29,121 nt of DNA from Chlamydiota bacterium (lineage in GTDB: Bacteria > Chlamydiota > Chlamydiia > Chlamydiales > SM23-39). The translations under genes and the position numbers were made by a program. A model generated the notes under the pieces. That model was given only the letters and a program-made list of their open reading frames with translations. It did not search any database and was not told the DNA's origin. The stretch lies in NCBI GenBank assembly GCA_050049995.1, contig JASFVE010000016.1:1-29121 (forward strand), read 5' to 3'. Below are positions 1 to 9,285 of this stretch, one piece after another. The first letter of the stretch is position 1. Every line of letters begins with the position of its first letter.

Positions 1-2
1 GA

Positions 3-104
3 GTACTATTTTCTAGTTATGCCCCAAGAGAAATAGAGTCAAACGAAGAACTATTACTACTTTCAGAAGATGACATATTAGGAATTTTAGAGGAGGTTAA
101 CTAA
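3..104 (+). CDS. groES: Co-chaperonin GroES, C-terminal fragment (5'-truncated by window edge)
   Basis: Frame from nt 3 reads [33 protein letters not shown], matching the GroES C-terminal pattern. TAA (102-104) overlaps the groEL ATG (TAATG). Confidence 0.9.
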   Translation, partial: VLFSSYAPREIESNEELLLLSEDDILGILEEVN

Positions 105-1777
105 TGAGCAAGTTACTACAATTTAATGAAAAAGCACTAAACTCTATTTTAAAAGGTGTGAAAACTTTAGCAAAGGCCGTGATTGTTACGCTGGGTCCTA
201 AAGGTAGAAATGTAGTTATTTCTAAAGAATTTGGATCACCAATATCTACTAAAGACGGAGTCTCAGTCGCTAAAGAAATTCAATTAAAAAATAAATTCGA
301 GAACATGGGCGCTCAGCTTGTTAAAGAAGCTTCTTCTAAAACATCTGATGTTGCAGGTGATGGCACGACTACTGCCATTGTTCTAGCTGAGGAAATATAT
401 TCTGAGGGCGTGAAAAATGTTGCAGCAGGAACAAACCCACAAAGCATTAAAAGGGGTATTGAAAAAGCTGTCGATAAAATGATCATGGGGCTAGATAAAT
501 TGGCCACACAAATTAGCAGTCCTGAAGAGATCAAACAAATTGCTACAATTTCTGCGAATAACGACGCAGAAATCGGTTCCATTATTGGGGAAGCCATGCA
601 AAAAGTAGGAAAAGATGGCATTGTAACTTTAGCTGAAGCAAAAGGTATCGAAACAACTTTGGAAGTTGTTGAAGGAATGCAATTTGATAAAGGGTATATT
701 TCACCTTATTTTGTCTCTAATGCAGAAAAGATGAATGTAGAATTTGAAAATGGTAATATTTTCATTACAGACAAAAAGATCTCTTCCACTAAAGAGATTG
801 TCTCAATTTTAGAAAAAGTCATGGAAAATGGTTCTTCTCCTCTTCTCATTATTGCAGAGGACATTGATTCAGATGCTTTAGCTACTTTAGTGGTAAATAA
901 AATTAAAGGATCTTTTCCTATTTGTGCAGTAAAAGCCCCAGCTTTTGGAGATAGAAGAAAAGCAATGTTACAAGACATCGCTACACTTACTGGAGCTACA
1001 GTTGTTTCAGAAGAGACTGGGATGAGCTTAGACAATTTTGATTTAAATGTACTGGGTTCTGCTAAGAAAATTACTGTAGACAAAGACAACACCACCATAG
1101 TTGATGGAAGTGGCAATAAGCAAGAAATTGAAAAACGTAAAAATCAAATTAAAGCTGAAATTAATGCTTCTACATCAGACTATGACAAAGAAAAGCTTGA
1201 AGAGCGTTTAGCAAAGCTTTCAGGCGGTGTAGCAGTAATTCATGTAGGAGCTACGACTGAAGCTGAAATGAAAGAGAAAAAAGATCGTGTTGATGATGCT
1301 CTTCATGCTACAAGAGCTGCAGTAAGAGAAGGGATTGTTCCTGGTGGAGGAGTTGCTTTAATTCGTGCAGTAAAAGAATTAGAGTCACTTAGCTTGGAAC
1401 ATGATGAACAGGTTGGTGTAGAGATTATAAGAAAAGCAGCTTTTGCACCTGTTATCAACATTGCCAGAAACTGTGGTAAGAGTGGTGATGTTGTTGCAGA
1501 AAGAGTTGCAGATTTGAAAGGATCTTTTGGCTATAACGGAATCACTGATAAATATTCTGACCTTGTGAAAGACGGAGTTATTGATCCTGTTTTAGTTACT
1601 AAAAGTGCGCTAACCAATGCAGCCTCTGTGGCAGGGCTATTGATTACAGTAGCTGCTATGATTACAGAAAAACCAGAGCCAAAGTCAGATGCTCCTAGTA
1701 TGGATCAAATGGGTGGCATGGGCGGTATGGGCGGCATGCCTGGAATGGGTGGAATGCCCGGCATGGGAATGATGTAA
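104..1777 (+). CDS. groEL: Chaperonin GroEL (Cpn60)
   Basis: [28 protein letters not shown] and GIVPGGG motifs; C-terminal GGM tail; SD AGGAGG at 91-96. Confidence 0.99.
   Translation: MSKLLQFNEKALNSILKGVKTLAKAVIVTLGPKGRNVVISKEFGSPISTKDGVSVAKEIQLKNKFENMGAQLVKEASSKTSDVAGDGTTTAIVLAEEIYSEGVKNVAAGTNPQSIKRGIEKAVDKMIMGLDKLATQISSPEEIKQIATISANNDAEIGSIIGEAMQKVGKDGIVTLAEAKGIETTLEVVEGMQFDKGYISPYFVSNAEKMNVEFENGNIFITDKKISSTKEIVSILEKVMENGSSPLLIIAEDIDSDALATLVVNKIKGSFPICAVKAPAFGDRRKAMLQDIATLTGATVVSEETGMSLDNFDLNVLGSAKKITVDKDNTTIVDGSGNKQEIEKRKNQIKAEINASTSDYDKEKLEERLAKLSGGVAVIHVGATTEAEMKEKKDRVDDALHATRAAVREGIVPGGGVALIRAVKELESLSLEHDEQVGVEIIRKAAFAPVINIARNCGKSGDVVAERVADLKGSFGYNGITDKYSDLVKDGVIDPVLVTKSALTNAASVAGLLITVAAMITEKPEPKSDAPSMDQMGGMGGMGGMPGMGGMPGMGMM
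1709..1774 (+). repeat. Gly-Gly-Met codon repeats of the GroEL tail
   Basis: Degenerate 9-nt repeats (atgggtggc/atgggcggt/atgggcggc...) encoding [22 protein letters not shown]. Confidence 0.9.
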
Positions 1778-1796
1778 GCTCAAGCCCTCTTTTCAA

Positions 1797-1825
1797 GGAT
1801 AGCTGATGATATTTGTCAGCTATCC
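1797..1825. terminator. Stem-loop, putative (possibly bidirectional) terminator between groEL and the convergent small gene
   Basis: Perfect 10-bp inverted repeat GGATAGCTGA (1797-1806) / TCAGCTATCC (1816-1825) with a 9-nt loop. The T-run on + starts several nt after the stem, so it is not a textbook terminator. Confidence 0.55.
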
Positions 1826-2145
1826 ATATGTCTTTTTATAAACTTTATTCCTTTCCATACTCTTGAACAGCAAAATCCTCCTAATGAAATCCCTGTTATA
1901 ATAGAAGTGGACATAGCACTCCAAAGGGCAATTTTCCCTGGTTTGTCAACACAATCTTCTTCTGTGGAAATAATTAAGGCCATTGTGGAAATAGAAGATG
2001 TAACAAAGGTAACTGTTAAAATACTTATCATGCATAGGGATCTTTTAGCAGCTCTTTCAAGCCTTTCACAATCACATTCATCATCATGCTGGACTGGCTG
2101 TCGAGATTCAATATCTGCATGAGCTGCAGGGTAAGTAGTAAGCAT
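1816..2145 (-). CDS. Small membrane protein with bilobed hydrophobic domain (Inc-like candidate)
   Basis: 109 aa; GGAG SD about 7 nt before the ATG; hydrophilic N-terminus, two hydrophobic helices joined by a short loop (STEEDCVDKPGK), basic C-tail. Confidence 0.65.
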   Translation of the reverse strand: MLTTYPAAHADIESRQPVQHDDECDCERLERAAKRSLCMISILTVTFVTSSISTMALIISTEEDCVDKPGKIALWSAMSTSIITGISLGGFCCSRVWKGIKFIKRHMDS

Positions 2146-2204
2146 GCTTAAACTCCATTATTTAGAGTTTGCATGTTAAGAAAATATTTAAAAAAAAGAT
2201 AAGC

Positions 2205-2981
2205 TTATTTTTCTAAGATCATGGCAAGCCATTTATCTTTTTGCCTAATTACTACAGGTTTAAATCCCCATGAGGCAATCATTTCAAGGTATTGTTCTTT
2301 TTGTTCCTTTAAAATACCTGATACGATCCAGCTGTGAGCCGCTTTTAATGCTTCGGGGCATGACTTGATAAACTCTTTTTGCTCATGTACTGTCATGTTC
2401 ATTAAGAAAAGGTTTTTCGGGGGAATTTTAGTAATGTCAAGTTGGAAAATAAACTTCACGTCCAGCATATTTTTTAAAGCATTTTTTTGGGCGTGGTAAA
2501 GAGATGCTGGATCAATTTCCACACCTATAATTTTTTCAGCTCCCATAAGTTTTGCGGCTAATGACAAAATACCACTGCCTGACCCAATATCAACGACATT
2601 TTCTCCTATTACTCTATCTTTCATTAACTCTAGCATCAAGTAGGTTGTGGCGTGAGATAAGTCTCCAAATCCTTCACCAGGAAGAAGGTGAAGAATCTTT
2701 TTTGAGCCAAAACGGGATAGATCGATGTGGGCTACTCCATTTTGAAAGTTTTCAGAAAACGTTTCCCATTGTACTCTCCAATCAATATCATTTGGGCCTT
2801 TTAAGTGCAGAGAGATTAGCTCAGACTCGTCAGGAACTTCCTTGATAAGTCCTCCAATCCAGAAATCTTCAGCAGCAATGTCTTCAATGACATAGTGATC
2901 TTGTAAGCCTAGTTTTTTACACTCTTCCAAAGCACTTTCTAAACTAAATTCAGCTTTAACTTGAAAAAGAATGTTTTTCAT
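2205..2981 (-). CDS. prmA: Ribosomal protein L11 methyltransferase
   Basis: IDWRVQW, GFGDLSHATT (variant of FGTGxHxTT), SAM motif DIGSGSGILS, IVSGIL. Start re-assigned to ATG 2981, which overlaps the trkH stop (ATGA) and has GGAG upstream. Confidence 0.85.
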   Translation of the reverse strand: MKNILFQVKAEFSLESALEECKKLGLQDHYVIEDIAAEDFWIGGLIKEVPDESELISLHLKGPNDIDWRVQWETFSENFQNGVAHIDLSRFGSKKILHLLPGEGFGDLSHATTYLMLELMKDRVIGENVVDIGSGSGILSLAAKLMGAEKIIGVEIDPASLYHAQKNALKNMLDVKFIFQLDITKIPPKNLFLMNMTVHEQKEFIKSCPEALKAAHSWIVSGILKEQKEQYLEMIASWGFKPVVIRQKDKWLAMILEK

Positions 2982-4606
2982 CTTGATCTCCAAAAAACGG
3001 GAAGAAATAAGAGAATAATGGCAAAATATTCCAATCTTCCTAATACCATCCAAAAAGAAGAAATAATTTTAGAGAAATTAGATAAAAAAGCAAATGTCTC
3101 TGTAGGTCCTGCTGCTCTAAAAGAAATACCTGTATTATTTAACATGCTAGAGGCTGCGGCGATAGCAGTTTCAGGATCAACGCCATCTAAAATGTAAACC
3201 ATTCCAGCAAAGACGGAAGAAAAAATGGCAACGGCAAAAAAAGCCATAGAAGTAATTGTAGTAGAGTCGTCAATTTCTACTTTACCAATTTTTAAGAGCT
3301 TAACTTTATCTGGACGGTATATAGCTTCAATTTTATGTAGGATCATTTTGTAAAGAATATAAAAACGTGTTGTTTTAATGCCTCCGCAAGTAGCCCCTGC
3401 CATGCCTCCCAAATACATTAAAATAAACATAATCATCTGAGAGGGGAAAGGCCATAGATCATAGTTGGCTGTACTAAATCCAGTAGAAGTTTGCGCACTT
3501 ACTGCTTGAAAAGCACCTACCCTAATGGTTTCCATAAAAGAGGCTACCGAGGTGTCAGTATAGTAATATAAAGGACTTCCAAACAAAAAGGCGGAGACTA
3601 ATAAGCCGCCTAAAAACAAAGAAGAAGCAAACAGGGAAAATTCAGGAGAGTAAATTCTATAAAATTTAAGGCGAATAATATGAAAGTACAGGCCGAAGTT
3701 AATGCTTCCTAGAATCATAAAAAGTAAGACAACCCACTCTACACCTGAATGATTATAATGGCCTACGCTGTTGGAATTAATAGAAAAGCCTCCAGTGGAA
3801 ACATTAGATAACGTTAGGCAAATGGCGTCATAAAAAGGAAGCTTAGGATTTACTAGTTCAAGCAAAATAAGTTCAATAAAGGTAAGACCAAGGTACAGCT
3901 TCCAAAGAAGTGAGGCTGTTTCTTTTATTCTTGGTGCTATAGATTCTTTTAAAGGGCCTGTCATTTCCATTTGATATAGAAACTTTCCTCCAACTCCCAA
4001 CGCGGGCAATACGGTTAAAAAGATTAAGACAATTCCCAACCCTCCTAACCATTGCATAAAGCTGCGCCAAAAAAGAAGAGGTCTAGCAACGGCTTCCAGC
4101 CCTTCTAATATAATTTTACCATCCTCATTTCTAATAGGGCTAATCGTTCCATAAAAGGTATATGACTTATCAGGTACATGAACATTAGTAAGATGAATGG
4201 GAATTTCTTCTTCTTTTTCGTTAAAAGACTTAGGGAACATAATGGATGCCCCAGTAGTAGTAAGCCCTGAAATAGATTCAAAATAGGCATCTACAGGGTT
4301 TTCTAGCGTACGGGTAAGGTAAAAGGGTAGAGCGCTAATGATAGAGGTTAAAAACCATATTGCTACTACTAAAAGGATGCTCTCTCTTCTATATAGATTT
4401 CCTTTAGCTTTTCTTCCTATAAAGCGAAAGGTTCCGGCAAGCAACAGGCAAATACCTATAGTTTCTAAAAATTGTAGATGGGAATTGGGATAAACAGACT
4501 GAACTCCAAAATCAAAATAAAGAGCGACCACAAAAGGAAGGCATAATACTAAAGCAAAGTAGAAAAGGTAGTTGCCTACTATTTTAAAAAGCTCTCGGTA
4601 CTGCAC
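2978..4606 (-). CDS. trkH: Trk system potassium uptake membrane protein
   Basis: FESISGLTTTG, QWLGGLG, STGGF, TSTGF, GGMAGATCGGIK, NNTG and LGRLE motifs; GTG start with GGAGG SD. Confidence 0.95.
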   Translation of the reverse strand: MQYRELFKIVGNYLFYFALVLCLPFVVALYFDFGVQSVYPNSHLQFLETIGICLLLAGTFRFIGRKAKGNLYRRESILLVVAIWFLTSIISALPFYLTRTLENPVDAYFESISGLTTTGASIMFPKSFNEKEEEIPIHLTNVHVPDKSYTFYGTISPIRNEDGKIILEGLEAVARPLLFWRSFMQWLGGLGIVLIFLTVLPALGVGGKFLYQMEMTGPLKESIAPRIKETASLLWKLYLGLTFIELILLELVNPKLPFYDAICLTLSNVSTGGFSINSNSVGHYNHSGVEWVVLLFMILGSINFGLYFHIIRLKFYRIYSPEFSLFASSLFLGGLLVSAFLFGSPLYYYTDTSVASFMETIRVGAFQAVSAQTSTGFSTANYDLWPFPSQMIMFILMYLGGMAGATCGGIKTTRFYILYKMILHKIEAIYRPDKVKLLKIGKVEIDDSTTITSMAFFAVAIFSSVFAGMVYILDGVDPETAIAAASSMLNNTGISFRAAGPTETFAFLSNFSKIISSFWMVLGRLEYFAIILLFLPVFWRSR

Positions 4607-4615
4607 TGCTGCCTC

Positions 4616-5965
4616 CTAAAAAAGCTCTTGTAGCTCTTGAATATGTTTAGGTGAAGAAATAATGATGACAGTGTCATGGGGAGAAAGAACTCTATTTCCT
4701 TTTCCAATCATGACTCGTCCCTTATTTTCAATAACAGCAATGATAAGATCTTTAGGTATTTTTCCTTTTAGCTGACTTAAGGGAATACCAATCAATTTTG
4801 ACTCAGCTGATACTCTCATTTCAATGATTCTAGCTTGATTGTCGTATAAGGAAGTAATAGACAAAACTTTTTCTTCGTGTATTAGGGACAATATCCTATT
4901 AGCAATATTTAACTTTTCAGAAAGAGAAGGGGTAATTTCTAACTTTCTTAAGGTCTGACTTAAATGTGTATCGGAAATTAAGCTTATTACTTTTTTGCAG
5001 CCAATCTGCTTTGCAAGAGAGGATAATACCATATTAAGTTCATCTTTTTTGGTACATGTAATAAAAGCATCACTTAACTGGACGTTTTCCGATTGTAAAA
5101 ACGAATAATCTTTAACATCGTGGTTCAAAATAGTGCTATCTGGAAGGTTGTCTGATAATTTTTTACAACGAAGCTCATCTTTTTCAATTACTTTTACAGA
5201 AACGTGTTGGCTTTCTAAAATCCTGGCTAGATGAAGACCGACTGTGGATCCACCTGCTATAATGATAGAATTTAAATGAATCGGATTAAGCCCAAAGAAA
5301 TTAGGCAGTTCTAACATAATGTTAGTTTCACCAACAATTGTGATTTCATCATTAGGAAGTAGAGTGTCTTCCCCATGAGGGAAAATAATATTAGTTCCTT
5401 CTTGTGTCTGCCTTTTAATAGCTCCTATAATCAGTTCTTCTGGTAAGCCTAAGGAATGAATAGGAATCTCTGATTTATCCCAATTTTCGCTGATATGAAT
5501 GTTGCGCATCTGAATAGCACCATGGGCAAAATTTTCAATACCTTCTCCGCCTGTAGAAAGAAGGATTTTAAAAATATCGTGGGCAGCCAATATTTCAGGA
5601 GCAATAAAATGGTCTACGAAAAAAAGTTTAGCAAAATCAAGCCTGCTTCTTGCTAAGTATCCTAAATCTTTTATTCGGCAAATTGTAGTTGGGTAGCCCA
5701 AGTTTTTAGCTATGGCACAAGAGACTAGGTTTGTCTCATCGTCTCCAGTCATTGCTATAAAAATTTCAGGCTTGTTCTCTAAAAGATCATCGTAAAGTGT
5801 CCAGTTAGAGCCTAGGCCATGAATGGTTGCCACATCAATTTCTCGGCTGATGTCGTTAAGTCGTTTTAAATCTTTGTCAATTAAAACAACGTTGTGTTCT
5901 TCTGAAGATAAAACAGAACTAACATAGGTGCCTAAAGTGCCGGCCCCCAAAATGACAATGTTCAT
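4616..5965 (-). CDS. trkA: Trk system potassium uptake regulatory subunit (two RCK_N/RCK_C pairs)
   Basis: N-terminal IVILGAGTLG Rossmann motif, TGDDETNL, second IIIAGGSTVG motif; 449 aa; directly upstream of trkH. Confidence 0.95.
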   Translation of the reverse strand: MNIVILGAGTLGTYVSSVLSSEEHNVVLIDKDLKRLNDISREIDVATIHGLGSNWTLYDDLLENKPEIFIAMTGDDETNLVSCAIAKNLGYPTTICRIKDLGYLARSRLDFAKLFFVDHFIAPEILAAHDIFKILLSTGGEGIENFAHGAIQMRNIHISENWDKSEIPIHSLGLPEELIIGAIKRQTQEGTNIIFPHGEDTLLPNDEITIVGETNIMLELPNFFGLNPIHLNSIIIAGGSTVGLHLARILESQHVSVKVIEKDELRCKKLSDNLPDSTILNHDVKDYSFLQSENVQLSDAFITCTKKDELNMVLSSLAKQIGCKKVISLISDTHLSQTLRKLEITPSLSEKLNIANRILSLIHEEKVLSITSLYDNQARIIEMRVSAESKLIGIPLSQLKGKIPKDLIIAVIENKGRVMIGKGNRVLSPHDTVIIISSPKHIQELQELF

Positions 5966-5972
5966 ACAAGTT

Positions 5973-6578
5973 TTAAGGATTGTTGCTTATATAGTTTTGC
6001 ATCCATTCTTCACTTTTAAGTACTTGGCCAAAAGAGCTTAAATTAGTAATAGAGGCTTGATGAAGGGCTTCACTATAACTCGCTACACAGTCTATCAATG
6101 TAGTAATTTTATAGTTTCGGCTTATTGCCTCTCTGGCAGTTGTCTCGATGGGGCCATTAGTTGTAAAGCCCACCAGAACTAATTCTACACAATCAAGAGA
6201 GGATAAATACCTTTCTAGTTCAGTATCATAAAAGGCAGAAAGGTTCCACTTCCTTACTCTATAATCGACCTTAGGGATTTCATCTAACAAGTCGTATCCC
6301 CAAGTCTCCGGTCTAAACCCGTCTTTCTCTAAAAAAGGGCGGAGTTTGGAGTAAACTCCTAATCCCATAGCATTACCCTCAATGTCACTTAAGACCGTTA
6401 ATTGGGTTGCTATAACTGGAATTCGGTTTTTATGACAGAAGTGAACAGTATTAATAATATTAGGAAGAATAACAGGGACATGAGTTGCTGCAAGACCATT
6501 TCTGGCATAGACACCTTCTGCGTGACAAAGGTCATTTTGCATGTCTAAAATAATTAAAGCAGTCGGGTAAGAAGCCAT
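5973..6578 (-). CDS. Isochorismatase-like hydrolase family protein (nucleophile Cys replaced)
   Basis: TALIILDMQND, K..SAF and GFTTNGPIETTAREA motifs; 7 nt upstream of trkA. Confidence 0.85.
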   Translation of the reverse strand: MASYPTALIILDMQNDLCHAEGVYARNGLAATHVPVILPNIINTVHFCHKNRIPVIATQLTVLSDIEGNAMGLGVYSKLRPFLEKDGFRPETWGYDLLDEIPKVDYRVRKWNLSAFYDTELERYLSSLDCVELVLVGFTTNGPIETTAREAISRNYKITTLIDCVASYSEALHQASITNLSSFGQVLKSEEWMQNYISNNP

Positions 6579-6604
6579 AATTTTCTCTATTCAATTGAAA
6601 ATGT

Positions 6605-6744
6605 TATTGTTTAACTTACTTAGATTTTTGTCGATAGGAAGCTTGAAATAATATGAAAGAAGGGTATTGTTTAACTCCTTTTAAAGAGGGTAATATTTTT
6701 TTGTTAGATGACTAATTGTGTAGTATATAACTATATGATAGTTA
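6605..6744. promoter_or_regulatory. Divergent AT-rich promoter region with direct repeat and palindrome
   Basis: TATTGTTTAACT at 6605 and 6665 (60-bp spacing); TAACTAT-N3-ATAGTTA palindrome at 6728-6744. Confidence 0.35.
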
Positions 6745-6867
6745 GTTTTATGTAGTATTGTTTTCATTTCAATAAGTTATTTTTGTCTTAATTCCATAAT
6801 TAAAAAAAACTTGTTAATAAAATTATTTTTTTATTATTATCACAAATATAAATGGGATGTGAGAAAG

Positions 6868-9285
6868 ATGCGTATTTTAAAAAAATCAAGTTTTGCTATT
6901 TCAATTGTATGTTTAGCTTGCATAACTTCTAGTGCTGCGTCACCGTCTAAAGAAGAGTCTATTTTCATAGAGCAAATAAAAAGCGCGCATGCTCAGAATG
7001 ATATTCAAGGCTTTTTTACAAAGTTATTTAAATATATTAAGGCTTTTCCTCAAGGAGAAGCAGTAGATCATTTTCTTGCACTAGCTGGGGATATTTTTTA
7101 TACCCATAACAAATATGCTCAGGCTATTAAAGCCTATAAGAAAGTTCATGATCAAGATGTATGGAAAACTATTGAACTTAATTTTCTTTTATCTAATTTG
7201 GCTCTTGAAGATCATGAATCAGTTCTTAATTATTTATATAGTGTCAAAAATATAACAACCGAATCTCAAGAAGTAATTCTTCGCACCATTAATAAAGTTT
7301 CCCAAGATCAAAGTTTTGATAAAAACCTTCTTTCAGATTATTTATTATATGGTATTTCAATTTATGAATCTTATCCATCCGAAGAACATGATTTAAATTC
7401 ATTGCAAGACCTTTCAAGATACTATTTATTAACAGGTCAGTTTTCTAAAGCTGCTGCAACTTTATACAAAACAATTGAGCTAGATCAGGGAAATAATGAA
7501 AAAACCTTGTTACAAATAGCTAATATTCAGTCAAAGTATGATACAAACGCTGCTTTGACAACGTTTTCTGAAGTTGTAGCTTTGAATGGCAGACATAAAA
7601 CTTTTGCTTCATACAATCAGTTAAAACTTTTGCTTAAGAAAAGAAGGTTTAATGAAATTATCCTCTTAAAAGAGGCTTTTTCTAAAAACTTAGATAAAAA
7701 GAATATACCCTTTTTGCATTTTTCATTAGGGGCTGCGTACTTTGCAAATAAAGAATATAGCCAATCAGAAAATGAACTAATGGCATTTTTAAATAACGTA
7801 GGCGAGTACCATACTTATGAAGAAGAAGTCTTAGATGCTCTAGTTAACATTGCAGAAACCCAAAATAAAAATGTGCTTTCTAAAATCGAGCTTAAATACA
7901 TTTCATTTAATTTAGAAAAAGAGAACCACGAAAAAATTATTCAATATGTACTTAATGCTAAAAAACTGACACATGAATCTAAAGAATTACTTTTGAGCAC
8001 TATAAGTAAATTTTCACGTGATAAGAATTTTGATCAAAGTCTTATGAAAGATTACTTGTTCTGTGGAATTTTCATTTATGAATCTGATGAAGCTTATGAA
8101 TATGATTTAAATTCTTTAAGAACTCTTTCTCAATATTATTTGGCGACAAATCAACTTTCGAAAGCTGTTTCAGCTCTTAAAAAAACAATATATTTAGATC
8201 CAAGAGCTAAAGAGAAAACCTTATTAAATGTTGCCAAGCTACAAATGGAGTATGATAGGCAAGCCGCTTATTCAACCCTTTCAGAAGTGGTAGATATGCA
8301 AGGTAAACTTGCAGCTCTCGCAGCTCACAAGCAACTGGAAGTTTTATTTGAAGAAAGCGAGTTTGAAAAAATTATAGAATTAAAAGACGAATTTTTATCT
8401 AACTTAGATAGTTCTAGCATGCCCTTTTTTCATTACGCACTTGGGATGTCTTACTTAGCCTATGAAGAATATCAATTATCTGAAAACGAATTTGCAGCTT
8501 TTCTAGAAGACGTAGGAAGCTACCAAGTCTATGAAAGCGAGGTTAAAGATACTTTAGTAGCTATCTATGAATTTAGAGAAAACATTCGAAAAGAAGTTGC
8601 AAAAAGAGAATTAGTTGTTTCACCGGAAGAAAAGTCTTATTTTTATGACGCAATACAAGAATACAAAAATAATAAGGAGTATGACAAAGCCAAGATCTAC
8701 TTGAGAAAGCTTTTATTAGTAGCAACAGCGAAAGAAAAAAGAGCTCTTTACTTTGAACTTGCCATCATCAATTTTGAGTCTGAAAATTACCTGACATCAA
8801 GAAAGCAGTTCGAAGAATTTTTGATAGATTATCCTAAAAGTCCACTTGCTGCCTTAGCTTGGGACTATTTTATTCAAAGTTCTATACAACTAGCCAATGA
8901 TAGTAAATATCCCTTTGCAAAGGCGCAGCTTATTTTTGATCTTGAGATCCTTTTAGAAAAAAATGTTGCCTTCATGAATGTGTTTGAAGTTAATAAGTAT
9001 TTATTATTGTTAGGTCAAACGCAATATGCTACTAAGGACTATGAAGCTGCAATAAGTACTTTCGTTAGGCTTATTAATCAAAATCCAAACCAGAATATCT
9101 TATCAAAAGCTTATGTACTTTTAGCTTATAGCTACCACTATGGTCTAGGGGACCAAGAAAAATACTCTGTATTTATTCAAAAAGCATTAGAGCTCCAACC
9201 TGATTTAGAGGTGGAAAACTATAGCCAACAAGAGCTGACAGAAAAAGAAGAAGACTTTCCAGAAGAACTGCAAGAAGAAATCTGA
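6868..9285 (+). CDS. Large exported tetratricopeptide-repeat protein with internal tandem duplication
   Basis: ATG 6868 gives a signal peptide (MRILKKSSFAISIVCLACITSSAA). Multiple TPR-like helix pairs (LAGDIFY..YAQAIKAY; LGQTQYATKDYEAAISTF; FEEFLIDYPKSPLA); acidic C-tail. Confidence 0.8.
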   Translation: MRILKKSSFAISIVCLACITSSAASPSKEESIFIEQIKSAHAQNDIQGFFTKLFKYIKAFPQGEAVDHFLALAGDIFYTHNKYAQAIKAYKKVHDQDVWKTIELNFLLSNLALEDHESVLNYLYSVKNITTESQEVILRTINKVSQDQSFDKNLLSDYLLYGISIYESYPSEEHDLNSLQDLSRYYLLTGQFSKAAATLYKTIELDQGNNEKTLLQIANIQSKYDTNAALTTFSEVVALNGRHKTFASYNQLKLLLKKRRFNEIILLKEAFSKNLDKKNIPFLHFSLGAAYFANKEYSQSENELMAFLNNVGEYHTYEEEVLDALVNIAETQNKNVLSKIELKYISFNLEKENHEKIIQYVLNAKKLTHESKELLLSTISKFSRDKNFDQSLMKDYLFCGIFIYESDEAYEYDLNSLRTLSQYYLATNQLSKAVSALKKTIYLDPRAKEKTLLNVAKLQMEYDRQAAYSTLSEVVDMQGKLAALAAHKQLEVLFEESEFEKIIELKDEFLSNLDSSSMPFFHYALGMSYLAYEEYQLSENEFAAFLEDVGSYQVYESEVKDTLVAIYEFRENIRKEVAKRELVVSPEEKSYFYDAIQEYKNNKEYDKAKIYLRKLLLVATAKEKRALYFELAIINFESENYLTSRKQFEEFLIDYPKSPLAALAWDYFIQSSIQLANDSKYPFAKAQLIFDLEILLEKNVAFMNVFEVNKYLLLLGQTQYATKDYEAAISTFVRLINQNPNQNILSKAYVLLAYSYHYGLGDQEKYSVFIQKALELQPDLEVENYSQQELTEKEEDFPEELQEEI
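7171..8571 (+). repeat. Intragenic tandem duplication, 714-nt (238-aa) period
   Basis: Unit 1 at 7171-7857 (IELNF...VNIAE) aligns without gaps to unit 2 at 7885-8571 (IELKY...VAIYE). Shared DYL..GI.IYES, DLNSL, SKA, EKTLL, SEVV, PF.H..LG and SENE. Confidence 0.9.

Noticed and set aside
313..1116. Antisense ORFs 313-621 and 706-1116, and similar shadows at 13709, 15121, 16866, 18645, 18864, 20228, 21116, 21618, 22267, 22518, 27623 and 28501
   Set aside because: They lie wholly opposite well-supported genes, have no motifs, and have the composition typical of antisense frames.
1709..1774. GC-rich tandem repeat at the end of groEL as a novel repeat
   Set aside because: It is the standard GGM tail of GroEL.
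1907..2122. 71-aa plus-strand ORF
   Set aside because: Antisense to the Inc-like ORF, which has the SD, an ATG start and a coherent architecture.
2982..3053. Longer upstream starts for prmA (3053), the TPR gene (6811) and rsgA (16692)
   Set aside because: They overlap neighbouring genes or precede the signal peptide; the downstream ATGs fit translational coupling or SD/signal evidence better.
2552..4290. Short alternative-frame ORFs 2552-2845, 2961-3197, 3873-4070 and 4105-4290
   Set aside because: Nested in prmA or trkH, which are intact, so there is no sign of a frameshift or second gene.
6579..6867. Possible replication origin or CRISPR remnant in the AT-rich gap
   Set aside because: No consensus DnaA boxes, only two 12-bp repeats, and no cas genes.
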